Shown here in pieces: positions 36,994-44,929 of a stretch of DNA of 44,929 nt; position 1 is the stretch's first letter; every line of letters begins with the position of its first letter. The translations under genes were made by a program, and so were the position numbers. The notes under the pieces were generated by a model that saw only the letters and a list, made by a program, of their open reading frames with translations, did no database searches and had not been told where the DNA came from. Origin of the DNA: a virus (Duplodnaviria > Caudoviricetes); IMG/VR virus record IMGVR_UViG_3300034100_000004, positions 1 to 44,929 of that record. One strand, given 5' to 3'.

Positions 36994-37765
36994 TGATCCA
37001 ATCCTCCACTTGTTTTGTGTACTCACCATTCTTCTTAAAGGGCTTCGCAACCTCAGCTCCTACAGGTACAATTCTCTTTGGTATTTGTTCAAGTACTACC
37101 GTATCTATCTCACTTACCTCCTTATCGATTTGGTTTAATATGTCCTGCGCCTTATCAACATCAAAGAGCACTCCATTCATTTCCTGTTGTGCTTGTATCT
37201 TGCCCATCATATACTCAAGCTGCAATGAACGTGACCAATCCCACCCCTTACTCTCAATGCGTAGGTGATCGTAAGTACGATGCCCTATCTTTACATCCTC
37301 AATACAACGGAGAAGCATGAGCCCTGTTTGTCTTTCCCATTGGTCATACTCTACCTTCTTCTGTCCAAATCTAATACCCCATGCTTCTATGCTGTGTGGT
37401 TTCTTACTACCAACAGGAGCTTCACGATCTGGATTAAATAGAGAGGACATAATAAAGGTATCATCCTTCTCTCTCTCTTCCCACCAAGGATATAACTTTC
37501 TAAATAATGGAAAATCATGCATAATCCCATTATGGAAAACTATTTTATTCTCCTGCATATACTTGAGATGTTCTTCATGCCCTATAATTACTCTGTAATT
37601 AGTAATACCTGTGATAAGTAAGATACTCTCAAGATCATAGCTATCTAACGGTTGATCTAAAGATATAAACCAATGCTTAGTATCTATTGTACAGGTGACA
37701 ATCATCCATAGACGTGTAGCTGTACTCTTAAACCCATCACTTTCACTATCCCCTATCAATACCAT
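36980..37765 (-). CDS. Family A DNA polymerase, 3'-5' exonuclease (N-terminal) part
   Basis: ExoI DSESDG, ExoII HN...HD.P, HS.EAWG.R.G, ExoIII C..DV, Q..NG..FD. Confidence 0.9.
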   Translation of the reverse strand: MVLIGDSESDGFKSTATRLWMIVTCTIDTKHWFISLDQPLDSYDLESILLITGITNYRVIIGHEEHLKYMQENKIVFHNGIMHDFPLFRKLYPWWEEREKDDTFIMSSLFNPDREAPVGSKKPHSIEAWGIRFGQKKVEYDQWERQTGLMLLRCIEDVKIGHRTYDHLRIESKGWDWSRSLQLEYMMGKIQAQQEMNGVLFDVDKAQDILNQIDKEVSEIDTVVLEQIPKRIVPVGAEVAKPFKKNGEYTKQVEDWINENL

Positions 37766-37928
37766 TCTCTACCCTCCACCGATTAAGGGGAATATCACAA
37801 CCATACATCGCTTGATGCAATAATCGGAACCTATCAGCATCATCTGTTGCAATCAACCTACAAATATTGCGAGTATCGTTTACCAACAGTATGTCCCCAC
37901 TATATTTACACCTGTATAATGTTTTCAT
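37746..37928 (-). CDS. Hypothetical protein
   Basis: GAGG RBS; co-oriented with the operon. Confidence 0.55.
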   Translation of the reverse strand: MKTLYRCKYSGDILLVNDTRNICRLIATDDADRFRLLHQAMYGCDIPLNRWRVENGIDRG

Positions 37929-38025
37929 AGAGTGCCTCGTTTAAGGGCTGATCTGTATATCCCCCTATATGTGTTGAGGTAATTACCCCCCCTTCTCTCT
38001 CAAAAGCACCAGACCATCTCCCCAA

Positions 38026-38211
38026 TTACAATAAATTTCTTTCATATAGGCTCCTATTCAATTCCATATCATCCTCTAATAAATATAGATTAAAAATATT
38101 ACTGTAATTCCCATACTCATTAGTATCCCATGCAACTGAATTAGTTTTGACCTGACCTACCTTAGTAAGGAGTACAAGACCTAGGTCTTCACTTATCATT
38201 AGTTTATTCAT
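38026..38211 (-). CDS. Hypothetical protein
   Basis: Start MNKLMIS just after the helicase stop. Confidence 0.5.
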   Translation of the reverse strand: MNKLMISEDLGLVLLTKVGQVKTNSVAWDTNEYGNYSNIFNLYLLEDDMELNRSLYERNLL

Positions 38212-38215
38212 CTTA

Positions 38216-39817
38216 TTACTCCAAATAAGTGCCTGTATTCTTATTGTATTTAATATGGAATGAACCACTATTACCAAACTCACGATCCTTGAGTAGAACA
38301 AACTTGCTTATATTTCTCTCAGCCTCAGTTAATTCAGGGTCTTTATTCCGCTCCAAACCAAACAAGTAATGCCCATATCGCATCAATCCACGACTACCTG
38401 TGAATTGTGACTCATGCACCATACCCCCTCGCTCATGTGGTGGGCCTGTCTTTGGTGCATTCAAATGGCTGAATCCATAGGCTGTGAAGTCAAGTTCATG
38501 TGTCATACTTGCTAACTCACCAGCAATTTTATTGATCTCATCATTGGCCTCACTACTACTAAGGTGGGAGACAAGTGCTGTGATAGGATCAATAAAGATA
38601 TCCTTGATCCCATGATATACAACCATAGTTCTAATGGCCTTCTTCGCACTATCCCAATCCTTAACACCATAATGATTAAAGAGATATACCTTATCTCTCA
38701 ATCTCTCAATACCTTCGATCAACTGATCTTGCGTAAAGTTTGCATCAGGTTTATGGAATGGGATGCCTGCAAATTTACCAGCCAGAGTCTTTAGGGTACG
38801 ACCAACAGGCTGCTCAAGCATAAGGAGACCAGGGGTTACTCCATGAAAGTTAATCAGATGTTCCTGCAACTGCAAGGCCCAATCAGTCTTACCAATACCA
38901 ACACCAGCACCAAGGAAGATACACTCCTTCCTCCTAATACCATAGGTTAGTGCTGTAAGTGAAGGCCATGGGTAAGACAGACCCCACTCAGGCATCTTGA
39001 TTGCATCCTCAAACACATCATCAACAGATGCAATGTAGTCTGCCTTGTATGGCTTGGCACTATAGTAAGCATCAATGAACTCCTGCTCCTTACCCTGCAT
39101 AAGCATATCATTAACATCTTTCTCAGAGAAGGACATGATACGTACAGCAGGGCCAAAGAGTAGGGCCACATCATTTGCAAACTTACGACCCGTTGCATCC
39201 ATATCACCAGCAACTACAATCTCTGCGTATGATTGAATGAAGGCTGCATTCTGTTTAATGCTGTCTAAGTTCTCCCCATTGACAGGGCTAACCACATGTG
39301 CAGGGTACTGACTATTTCTTTTACGCAGGATTTGCCATGCTGCCATAGCATCACACTCACCACAGCATATGAGAAGCCTCTTACCACCACCATTAGGGAT
39401 GTTCTGCTGACCAAAGAGAAGCATGTCTTCACACTTCTCACCTATAAGCATGAACTTCTTATTAGCTACGTCCCGAATCTTATAGCGTTGCAACTGCATC
39501 TTACTGTTGTAGTAAGGGTAGGCATGGTTGATAATAGTCGATGCTGTCTCTTCATCCAACGCTACCTGTACCCCGAAGTGTTCACACGTTAGTTGATGTA
39601 ACCCTCGTTGATTGATAGGTAGGATGGGTAGTGTACTGACCTCCTCCATGGTGAAGTACTTATTCAATGGTTCCTCCTCTTCTATCTGACTTTTAATTAC
39701 CTTGTAATTACAACGGTTGCAGTATTTATTGCCATTGTCAAAGAGGATAAGATGATTACCTGTCTTATCTCTTCCAACCTTTCTACACTCTGGACATGGA
39801 GCATCACCAATGATCAT
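38216..39817 (-). CDS. T7 gp4-like primase-helicase
   Basis: Zinc finger CPEC...CNRC, TOPRIM GE.DAM/D.D..G, Walker A AGVGIGKT, SHL and LKDR. Confidence 0.93.
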   Translation of the reverse strand: MIIGDAPCPECRKVGRDKTGNHLILFDNGNKYCNRCNYKVIKSQIEEEEPLNKYFTMEEVSTLPILPINQRGLHQLTCEHFGVQVALDEETASTIINHAYPYYNSKMQLQRYKIRDVANKKFMLIGEKCEDMLLFGQQNIPNGGGKRLLICCGECDAMAAWQILRKRNSQYPAHVVSPVNGENLDSIKQNAAFIQSYAEIVVAGDMDATGRKFANDVALLFGPAVRIMSFSEKDVNDMLMQGKEQEFIDAYYSAKPYKADYIASVDDVFEDAIKMPEWGLSYPWPSLTALTYGIRRKECIFLGAGVGIGKTDWALQLQEHLINFHGVTPGLLMLEQPVGRTLKTLAGKFAGIPFHKPDANFTQDQLIEGIERLRDKVYLFNHYGVKDWDSAKKAIRTMVVYHGIKDIFIDPITALVSHLSSSEANDEINKIAGELASMTHELDFTAYGFSHLNAPKTGPPHERGGMVHESQFTGSRGLMRYGHYLFGLERNKDPELTEAERNISKFVLLKDREFGNSGSFHIKYNKNTGTYLE

Positions 39818-39846
39818 AGGGTATCGCCTTATCTTAAACCTTAATC

Positions 39847-40017
39847 TTAAGATACATTATAACTCTCCTCTCTGATCTTGTCAAGTCTTTTGAATGTTAG
39901 CAGTACTTCATCAACCTCTGCTAAACATTCAGGACATAGATTCTCAAGAGATTTCAGTCTCTCATGCCAACGCGTACCATCCTCACTCAGTTGCTTATCG
40001 CAGGCTTTACAGTGCAT
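39847..40017 (-). CDS. Small zinc-finger protein (MHCKACD...LCPEC)
   Basis: Read manually; AGGAG RBS. Confidence 0.7.
   Translation of the reverse strand: MHCKACDKQLSEDGTRWHERLKSLENLCPECLAEVDEVLLTFKRLDKIREESYNVS
39856..39884 (-). promoter_or_regulatory. Consensus sigma70 promoter for the replication genes
   Basis: TTGACA-N17-TATAAT, 39 bp upstream of the primase-helicase start. Confidence 0.85.
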
Positions 40018-40033
40018 TAGATTCTCCTAGTAA

Positions 40034-40888
40034 TTAAATTAGAATGGGGGTGAAGGATGATGTGGTAAAGAGTTCGTCACGATCAAGCATGGTAGCACAA
40101 TCATTACAGCACACTACCTCAACCCCATCCACGTTAATCCTCTTTGCCTGACTCTTAGCTAAGTACTCTGAACACCACTCACATTCAATCAACTCGTCTA
40201 ACTTCTTAGCACGTTGGGTTGCTAGTCCAAAGATTCTACTCTCTTCCTTCGTCTCCTCTTTTACCTGACTGCTATACCACTTTCGTTTACTTTTCCAGTA
40301 TTCGTTACTGTAAGATGTAGTAATTGGTTTATATGAGTAAGAATTATTACTATACCACACACCATCAGCCCAATGCCCACTCTCTTCCTTAAAGATTACA
40401 AAGGAATTATCAATGTTCAATACAGCCAACTTAGATGAACCAATAGTAGCTTCAATCATGTACTGAATAGCTGGATTACTTTCCCAACCACGTGGCAACT
40501 TACATAATACTCTATCCTTATAGATTCTAGTATCACTGCGATGATCCTCCTTCCCTTCATTAGGCATGTTGGGTATGATCCCATTGTGAATGAATGCCTG
40601 CCCCTTATTGATCTTAAAGGGATGGCAGTTATATTCATCAATCATACCATGTGTTGCTACACGAAAGTGAATAAGGAATGTACTGTTTGGATTCCTCTCA
40701 ACAGCTTTTGTGTACTTGTCATAGAATGTTTCGAAGTCCATACTCTTTTTAATTCTAATACTGGGGATACCATATACATCTTTATTCACATAAGCAAACC
40801 CACAACCATCCTTATTATTTAGATAGCAGTTATATAGAGTATCCTTACTAAGTACCTTACCAGCAGTTTGTACAATAGCAATACACAT
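40034..40888 (-). CDS. Class II (Ntn) glutamine amidotransferase
   Basis: N-terminal MC, N.DG.G, HFR.ATHG, NCHPF, HNGI and SDT. Confidence 0.9.
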   Translation of the reverse strand: MCIAIVQTAGKVLSKDTLYNCYLNNKDGCGFAYVNKDVYGIPSIRIKKSMDFETFYDKYTKAVERNPNSTFLIHFRVATHGMIDEYNCHPFKINKGQAFIHNGIIPNMPNEGKEDHRSDTRIYKDRVLCKLPRGWESNPAIQYMIEATIGSSKLAVLNIDNSFVIFKEESGHWADGVWYSNNSYSYKPITTSYSNEYWKSKRKWYSSQVKEETKEESRIFGLATQRAKKLDELIECEWCSEYLAKSQAKRINVDGVEVVCCNDCATMLDRDELFTTSSFTPILI

Positions 40889-40891
40889 ATT

Positions 40892-41065
40892 TTATTTCTC
40901 CTGTAATCTTTTATTAGAAAAATTTTCTTTGTAGTAATCTGGATTTAGTTTCATCGTAACTTTCATAAACAATCTATTACTATCTGCTGCAAGGCAATGA
41001 AAGGTTGTCCCATCGTGGAACCAAATAGACCCATTATTTTTATCAAACATGAGCAATGTCCTCAT
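40892..41065 (-). CDS. 57-aa hypothetical protein
   Basis: Read manually; AGGAG RBS; fills the gap between amidoligase and GATase. Confidence 0.55.
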   Translation of the reverse strand: MRTLLMFDKNNGSIWFHDGTTFHCLAADSNRLFMKVTMKLNPDYYKENFSNKRLQEK

Positions 41066-41073
41066 GTTTGCTC

Positions 41074-42711
41074 CTATGCTGGCATTACATAAATATTGGA
41101 CATGAAGGCATACAGATTAGGATATACCTTCTTATGCTCTGCAATAAAAAGTTTCCATGTCTTAGGATTCAAATGCAGATTGCTGGTGTTCTTGCTGTAC
41201 TCATAGAGTGCATGAATGAATTCAATATTCTTCATCCACTGTTTGTAGGTTGTAGCCCCTGCAAAGCAACGCAACTCTACTGTTTTCTTACTAAGATTAA
41301 CACGACGATATCGATCTGACTGACTACCATCCTTCTTATATTTCTTAATCATCGGCGCAATACTACTATCACTGTATAGCTGGCAGTAGTCATTCGGTTC
41401 TCTCTCACTGATCCTTGACATCATCTTGGCATGCTTATGAATGAAGGATGTAAACTTATACAGATGAAAGGATGTGAATGATGCGAGATTCACATGCACA
41501 TGCATACCACATGATGCTGATTTCCTCATCGTGCGTAGGAAGATGTACTTCCACTTCTTATTCTTATACTCTTCGAGCGTATGTGGGTGTGAGACAATCT
41601 CGAACCCATTATCCACACTACTGTCAGCTTTAATGATTAGCTCATCTTCCTTAAACTCTTTCAAAATCTTTGCAACACTCTGAGAATGGTTTACATCGCA
41701 AGGAAATGATACCTCATTCTCAAAACCATAGTGCAACTCGCCTTTACCATGGAAGATAGGCTTAGGTTTATATCTATAGTTCTCAATCCTACCATAACCT
41801 TCCGATAATGCACACTCACGGCACCTATCCCATATATAGTAGGATAGTAACTGCTTATGACACTTCGAGCATTTAACTAACTTACCATAGCAATAGGAGC
41901 ACAATCCTTCCCCATTCCACTCTCTCCTATCTATGTTTGAGTGATAAGAAGAACAGCCACTACATCGAAAGTGTGTCTGATTACAAGTATCACACAAATT
42001 ATCTACACACTGCTCCTTCTCTTTCCACTGACCACAGACATGGCACTCAGAATAATGCGTTTGAGTGCATGAATAGCACAGTTTCTTCTCACCACGCAAA
42101 CGAGTATCACACTTCCATTTGTTACAGTGGTCGCACTTATACAGTCGAGTGGCGCATGTTTTACACACATCATAGGTACTACCGTCCCGTACTGTCACGG
42201 AATTGGTTATTTTATTACAGTTAATACAGAAAAAGACCCTACGCTTTTTCATTCTGGGTGTAATCATCCTTGTGAAAGATGAGAGACACACTACACCATC
42301 CTTTACCTTCCTCCATAGCGAAGGGTATTCGAGTGTCAAATTATTCTCAGATACTAGTTTAATTGTAATTCTATTATCGTGCCACTCACCACAGGTGTCA
42401 CAGTAGTAATAGTTTGAAGCACAAAGATTACATAGCTTCTTACCATCCACCTCTCTCAAATATATATGTTTACTACCACACTCTTCACATCCTTTCAAAG
42501 ATGAGGAACATGAGTGGCACATAAACTCATACCCAACACCAGTGTATGTAATATTCTCAGGATACTTATGCACACTATTACAGGTATTACATATTGCTGC
42601 CTGCTTCCAGCATTCAATGCACAAAGCGGGGATGCACTCTGCATCGTCTGCTAATCTATATTGTGTTGGAGTCAGGTCAGAGATTTCTTTATCACACCAT
42701 TGACATTTCAT
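41074..42711 (-). CDS. Amidoligase (glutamine-synthetase-like COOH-NH2 ligase fold) with long N-terminal CxxC array
   Basis: G.E.EV, K.D.S...GFEIVS.P, CGMHVH, RY..VN and TVE.R.F; many CxxC pairs in the first ~310 aa. Confidence 0.85.
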   Translation of the reverse strand: MKCQWCDKEISDLTPTQYRLADDAECIPALCIECWKQAAICNTCNSVHKYPENITYTGVGYEFMCHSCSSSLKGCEECGSKHIYLREVDGKKLCNLCASNYYYCDTCGEWHDNRITIKLVSENNLTLEYPSLWRKVKDGVVCLSSFTRMITPRMKKRRVFFCINCNKITNSVTVRDGSTYDVCKTCATRLYKCDHCNKWKCDTRLRGEKKLCYSCTQTHYSECHVCGQWKEKEQCVDNLCDTCNQTHFRCSGCSSYHSNIDRREWNGEGLCSYCYGKLVKCSKCHKQLLSYYIWDRCRECALSEGYGRIENYRYKPKPIFHGKGELHYGFENEVSFPCDVNHSQSVAKILKEFKEDELIIKADSSVDNGFEIVSHPHTLEEYKNKKWKYIFLRTMRKSASCGMHVHVNLASFTSFHLYKFTSFIHKHAKMMSRISEREPNDYCQLYSDSSIAPMIKKYKKDGSQSDRYRRVNLSKKTVELRCFAGATTYKQWMKNIEFIHALYEYSKNTSNLHLNPKTWKLFIAEHKKVYPNLYAFMSNIYVMPA

Positions 42712-42915
42712 TTTAATGCTCCTTGATTATTTTTTTTTTTTTACTCAAGACTAATTACGTTGTAAATATGGATACGCTCTGTTATCCTACTATTAATTGG
42801 TTTGAATCTATTCCAAATCCATGTCCTTATATCCGTATTAAAATATTTGGATGATACTGTTGCTAACACCAGCCCCTCTTGTCTCCATTCACGCACCAAG
42901 AGAACATTGCTATCA

Positions 42916-43692
42916 CTAATTTGTATTGAGTATTGCATTTATATATGCCCTCAGTGTAGTCCCATCCAGACCGGGAGCAGTGTTAACTTCCAGTACATAT
43001 AGTTTATTCTCAGTGCTGCGTATAATATCAACAGCCCCGAAGTCCAGGCCAAGCGCAGAAATAGTTGAGACAGCAAGAGAAGAGAGATTAGACCGCACAC
43101 TATCGGGAATTTTTACACTGTTGCGTGCGAAGATGTAACCCCGCGAATGGTTGCGAATATAATCTCCTGTCTCCGTATCTCCATTTCTCTTACACTTGGC
43201 AACCAGATCAATCACAACCCCCTGAAATACATGCACTCGATACTCCCGCTTACATAGTATACCGACAGTATAGAGAGGAGCGAGAGGAACAGGATCGCCA
43301 GGATGTACAACAACGATACCTCTCCCACTATTAGCTCTGGTCAGTGTCCGGGCATACACAATCTCATTACGATCAGATAATAGTACTGCATTCCTCTGTC
43401 CCTTGAAGTACATTGGAATGGGAATACCTGCTAATCGTAAGGTATCGAATGTTCGAACCTTATCCGTTGCGATAGCAACCACATGTGGTGGATTAATTAC
43501 ACGGTAATTACGGAGACTATTATCTGATGAACCCCAATTAATAATGGTACGCACATACCTTTTACCTCCTTGTGCTAGTCGTACTCTTAGTGCGTCCAGC
43601 CTATCAGATGTAAAGCATCTTGCCCCTATTGCCTGAGCTATACATCTGGCAGAGATAGAGCCACGCTTATATGTTATAATATCATATGCCAT
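42916..43692 (-). CDS. ATP-grasp peptide/amide ligase (RimK-like)
   Basis: INWG, IN......A.DK, G.GI, EYRVHV, RN...G, LGLDFGAVD and LEVNTAPG. Confidence 0.9.
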   Translation of the reverse strand: MAYDIITYKRGSISARCIAQAIGARCFTSDRLDALRVRLAQGGKRYVRTIINWGSSDNSLRNYRVINPPHVVAIATDKVRTFDTLRLAGIPIPMYFKGQRNAVLLSDRNEIVYARTLTRANSGRGIVVVHPGDPVPLAPLYTVGILCKREYRVHVFQGVVIDLVAKCKRNGDTETGDYIRNHSRGYIFARNSVKIPDSVRSNLSSLAVSTISALGLDFGAVDIIRSTENKLYVLEVNTAPGLDGTTLRAYINAILNTN

Positions 43693-43861
43693 GTTCGTTC
43701 ACCCTTCTTACTCTATTAACCTCCTCATGCCTGTATGAATCGCTAATACCATCAATGCGGGAATATTCACCACTACCTTGCAATGGGTACGCACACCTTT
43801 TCTCAATATCCTGCAAGTAATATGTACCAGTATTGAGTACAATTATCTTTTCTTGTGTCAT
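43682..43861 (-). CDS. 59-aa hypothetical protein
   Basis: Read manually; GAGGAGG RBS. Confidence 0.6.
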   Translation of the reverse strand: MTQEKIIVLNTGTYYLQDIEKRCAYPLQGSGEYSRIDGISDSYRHEEVNRVRRVNEHGI

Positions 43862-44010
43862 GTATTCCTCCTCGTTACGCTGAGATTAAAATATTTAATT
43901 TAAGGCACCTTAAAGGGTGCATAGAGCGACGATTAAGAGGGGGCAAGTAGGGTAGGATACTTAACACCTGTCGTCGCCATACAGTACCTTCCTGAGCCTT
44001 AAAAGATAGA

Positions 44011-44199
44011 TCACCCATAAACCTGCATCCTCTTTACAAGGTGGGGATTTGAAAATGAGATAAAGGGATGCCCCTTCCCGTTGGTCTGCTTCAACTTCCG
44101 ACACATTTCCTGCGCTGCGATCATACTACTATGCTCACTGATCTTAATAGTCCGATACTTGCCCTTGAAATAAACCACAAAATTCTTTTTCGTATTCAT
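44011..44199 (-). CDS. Small basic hypothetical protein
   Basis: RBS present; co-oriented with the early arm. Confidence 0.65.
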   Translation of the reverse strand: MNTKKNFVVYFKGKYRTIKISEHSSMIAAQEMCRKLKQTNGKGHPFISFSNPHLVKRMQVYG

Positions 44200-44254
44200 G
44201 TCCTTCCTATCTCCTTGTTAATTAGTTTGTAATTAATATTCACACCACTATTCC

Positions 44255-44929
44255 TTACCATTTCCTTGCTTCCTGCTCTGTCATAAAGAAGTGAATACCA
44301 TGTGTACACTCCACCCTAATGTCTGGATCATACCTATCTGCTGCTATCGTTGCACCTATCTCATATATACATTTCCCATAGGTCGGTGATTTACCTCCAC
44401 TCCCATCACCACCAAGGACAATAACCTTCGATGCCCTACATTTTCTACCCACCAAAGAGGATGTTCTCTCAGCATCCTCTGGTATTTCTATTTGTATAAC
44501 ACCAAGTGTTGTCTTTTTCCATGCGATAAAACTACCAACCGACGGGACAATTTGAAAGTGTGGCAAGGTAGTACCTCTAAGATCAGTACCTCTAAGATAT
44601 GCATTTCTAAGATCAGCATCTCTAAGATCAGCACCGCTAAGATCAGCATCTCTAAGATCAGCACCGCTAAGATCAGCACCTCTAAGATCAGCACCCATAA
44701 GATCAGCACTTCTAAGATCAGCATTTCTAAGATCAGCACTTCTAAGATCAGCATTTCTAAGATCAGCACCCATAAGATCAGCACCTCTAAGATCAGCACC
44801 CATAAGATCAGCATTTCTAAGATCAGCATCTATAAGATCAGCACCTCTAAGATCAGCACCCATAAGATCAGCATTTCTAAGATCAGCATCTATAAGATCA
44901 GCACGTTTTCCATTTTTCATACCTCTTCG
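44255..44929 (-). CDS. Pentapeptide-repeat protein (ADLxx)n with C-terminal DUF5758-like domain
   Basis: 22 A(D/Y)Lxx-type repeats, then WKK...IP.DA.R......KCRAS...C..GIHFF. Confidence 0.9.
   Translation of the reverse strand, partial: RRGMKNGKRADLIDADLRNADLMGADLRGADLIDADLRNADLMGADLRGADLMGADLRNADLRSADLRNADLRSADLMGADLRGADLSGADLRDADLSGADLRDADLRNAYLRGTDLRGTTLPHFQIVPSVGSFIAWKKTTLGVIQIEIPEDAERTSSLVGRKCRASKVIVLGGDGSGGKSPTYGKCIYEIGATIAADRYDPDIRVECTHGIHFFMTEQEARKW
44578..44905. repeat. 15-bp tandem repeat array coding the pentapeptide repeats
   Basis: AAGATCAGCA nearly invariant, with 5 variable bases per unit. Confidence 0.95.

Noticed and set aside
44488-44829. ORF with ([10 protein letters not shown])n repeats
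   Set aside because: Alternative frame of the 15-bp repeat array
44578-44905. CRISPR-like or non-coding repeat array
   Set aside because: The period is 15 bp with no unique spacers, and it is the in-frame coding sequence of a pentapeptide-repeat protein
2604-44929. Stop-codon reassignment
   Set aside because: Long genes are intact in the standard code, all three stops are used, and both gene interruptions have other explanations

Overview
This window looks like an essentially complete ~44.8 kb lytic podovirus genome, broken by the assembler inside a 15-bp pentapeptide-repeat gene (positions 1-152 overlap the last ~210 bp). It has two divergent arms. The + arm (2.6-26.2 kb) encodes tail fibres, terminase, portal, scaffold, capsid, tail tubes, internal virion proteins and holin-like proteins. 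The - arm encodes early genes, an ATP-grasp/amidoligase/glutamine-amidotransferase cluster, a T7-like primase-helicase, a split family-A DNA polymerase, SSB, nucleases, nucleotide-metabolism genes (ThyX-like, dUTPase, dATP/dGTP diphosphohydrolase, class II RNR interrupted by a group I intron with an HNH endonuclease), tRNA-Leu(UAA) and an endolysin. I recognised no RNA polymerase or integrase. The organisation resembles Zobellviridae/SIO1-like phages (inference, no search run). The most striking non-coding signals are (i) two tandem sigma54 (-24/-12) promoters with palindromic enhancer-like sites facing the early arm, with no phage-encoded activator, (ii) a ~400-nt structured early leader, and (iii) an unassigned multibranched RNA upstream of a non-canonical thyX-like gene.
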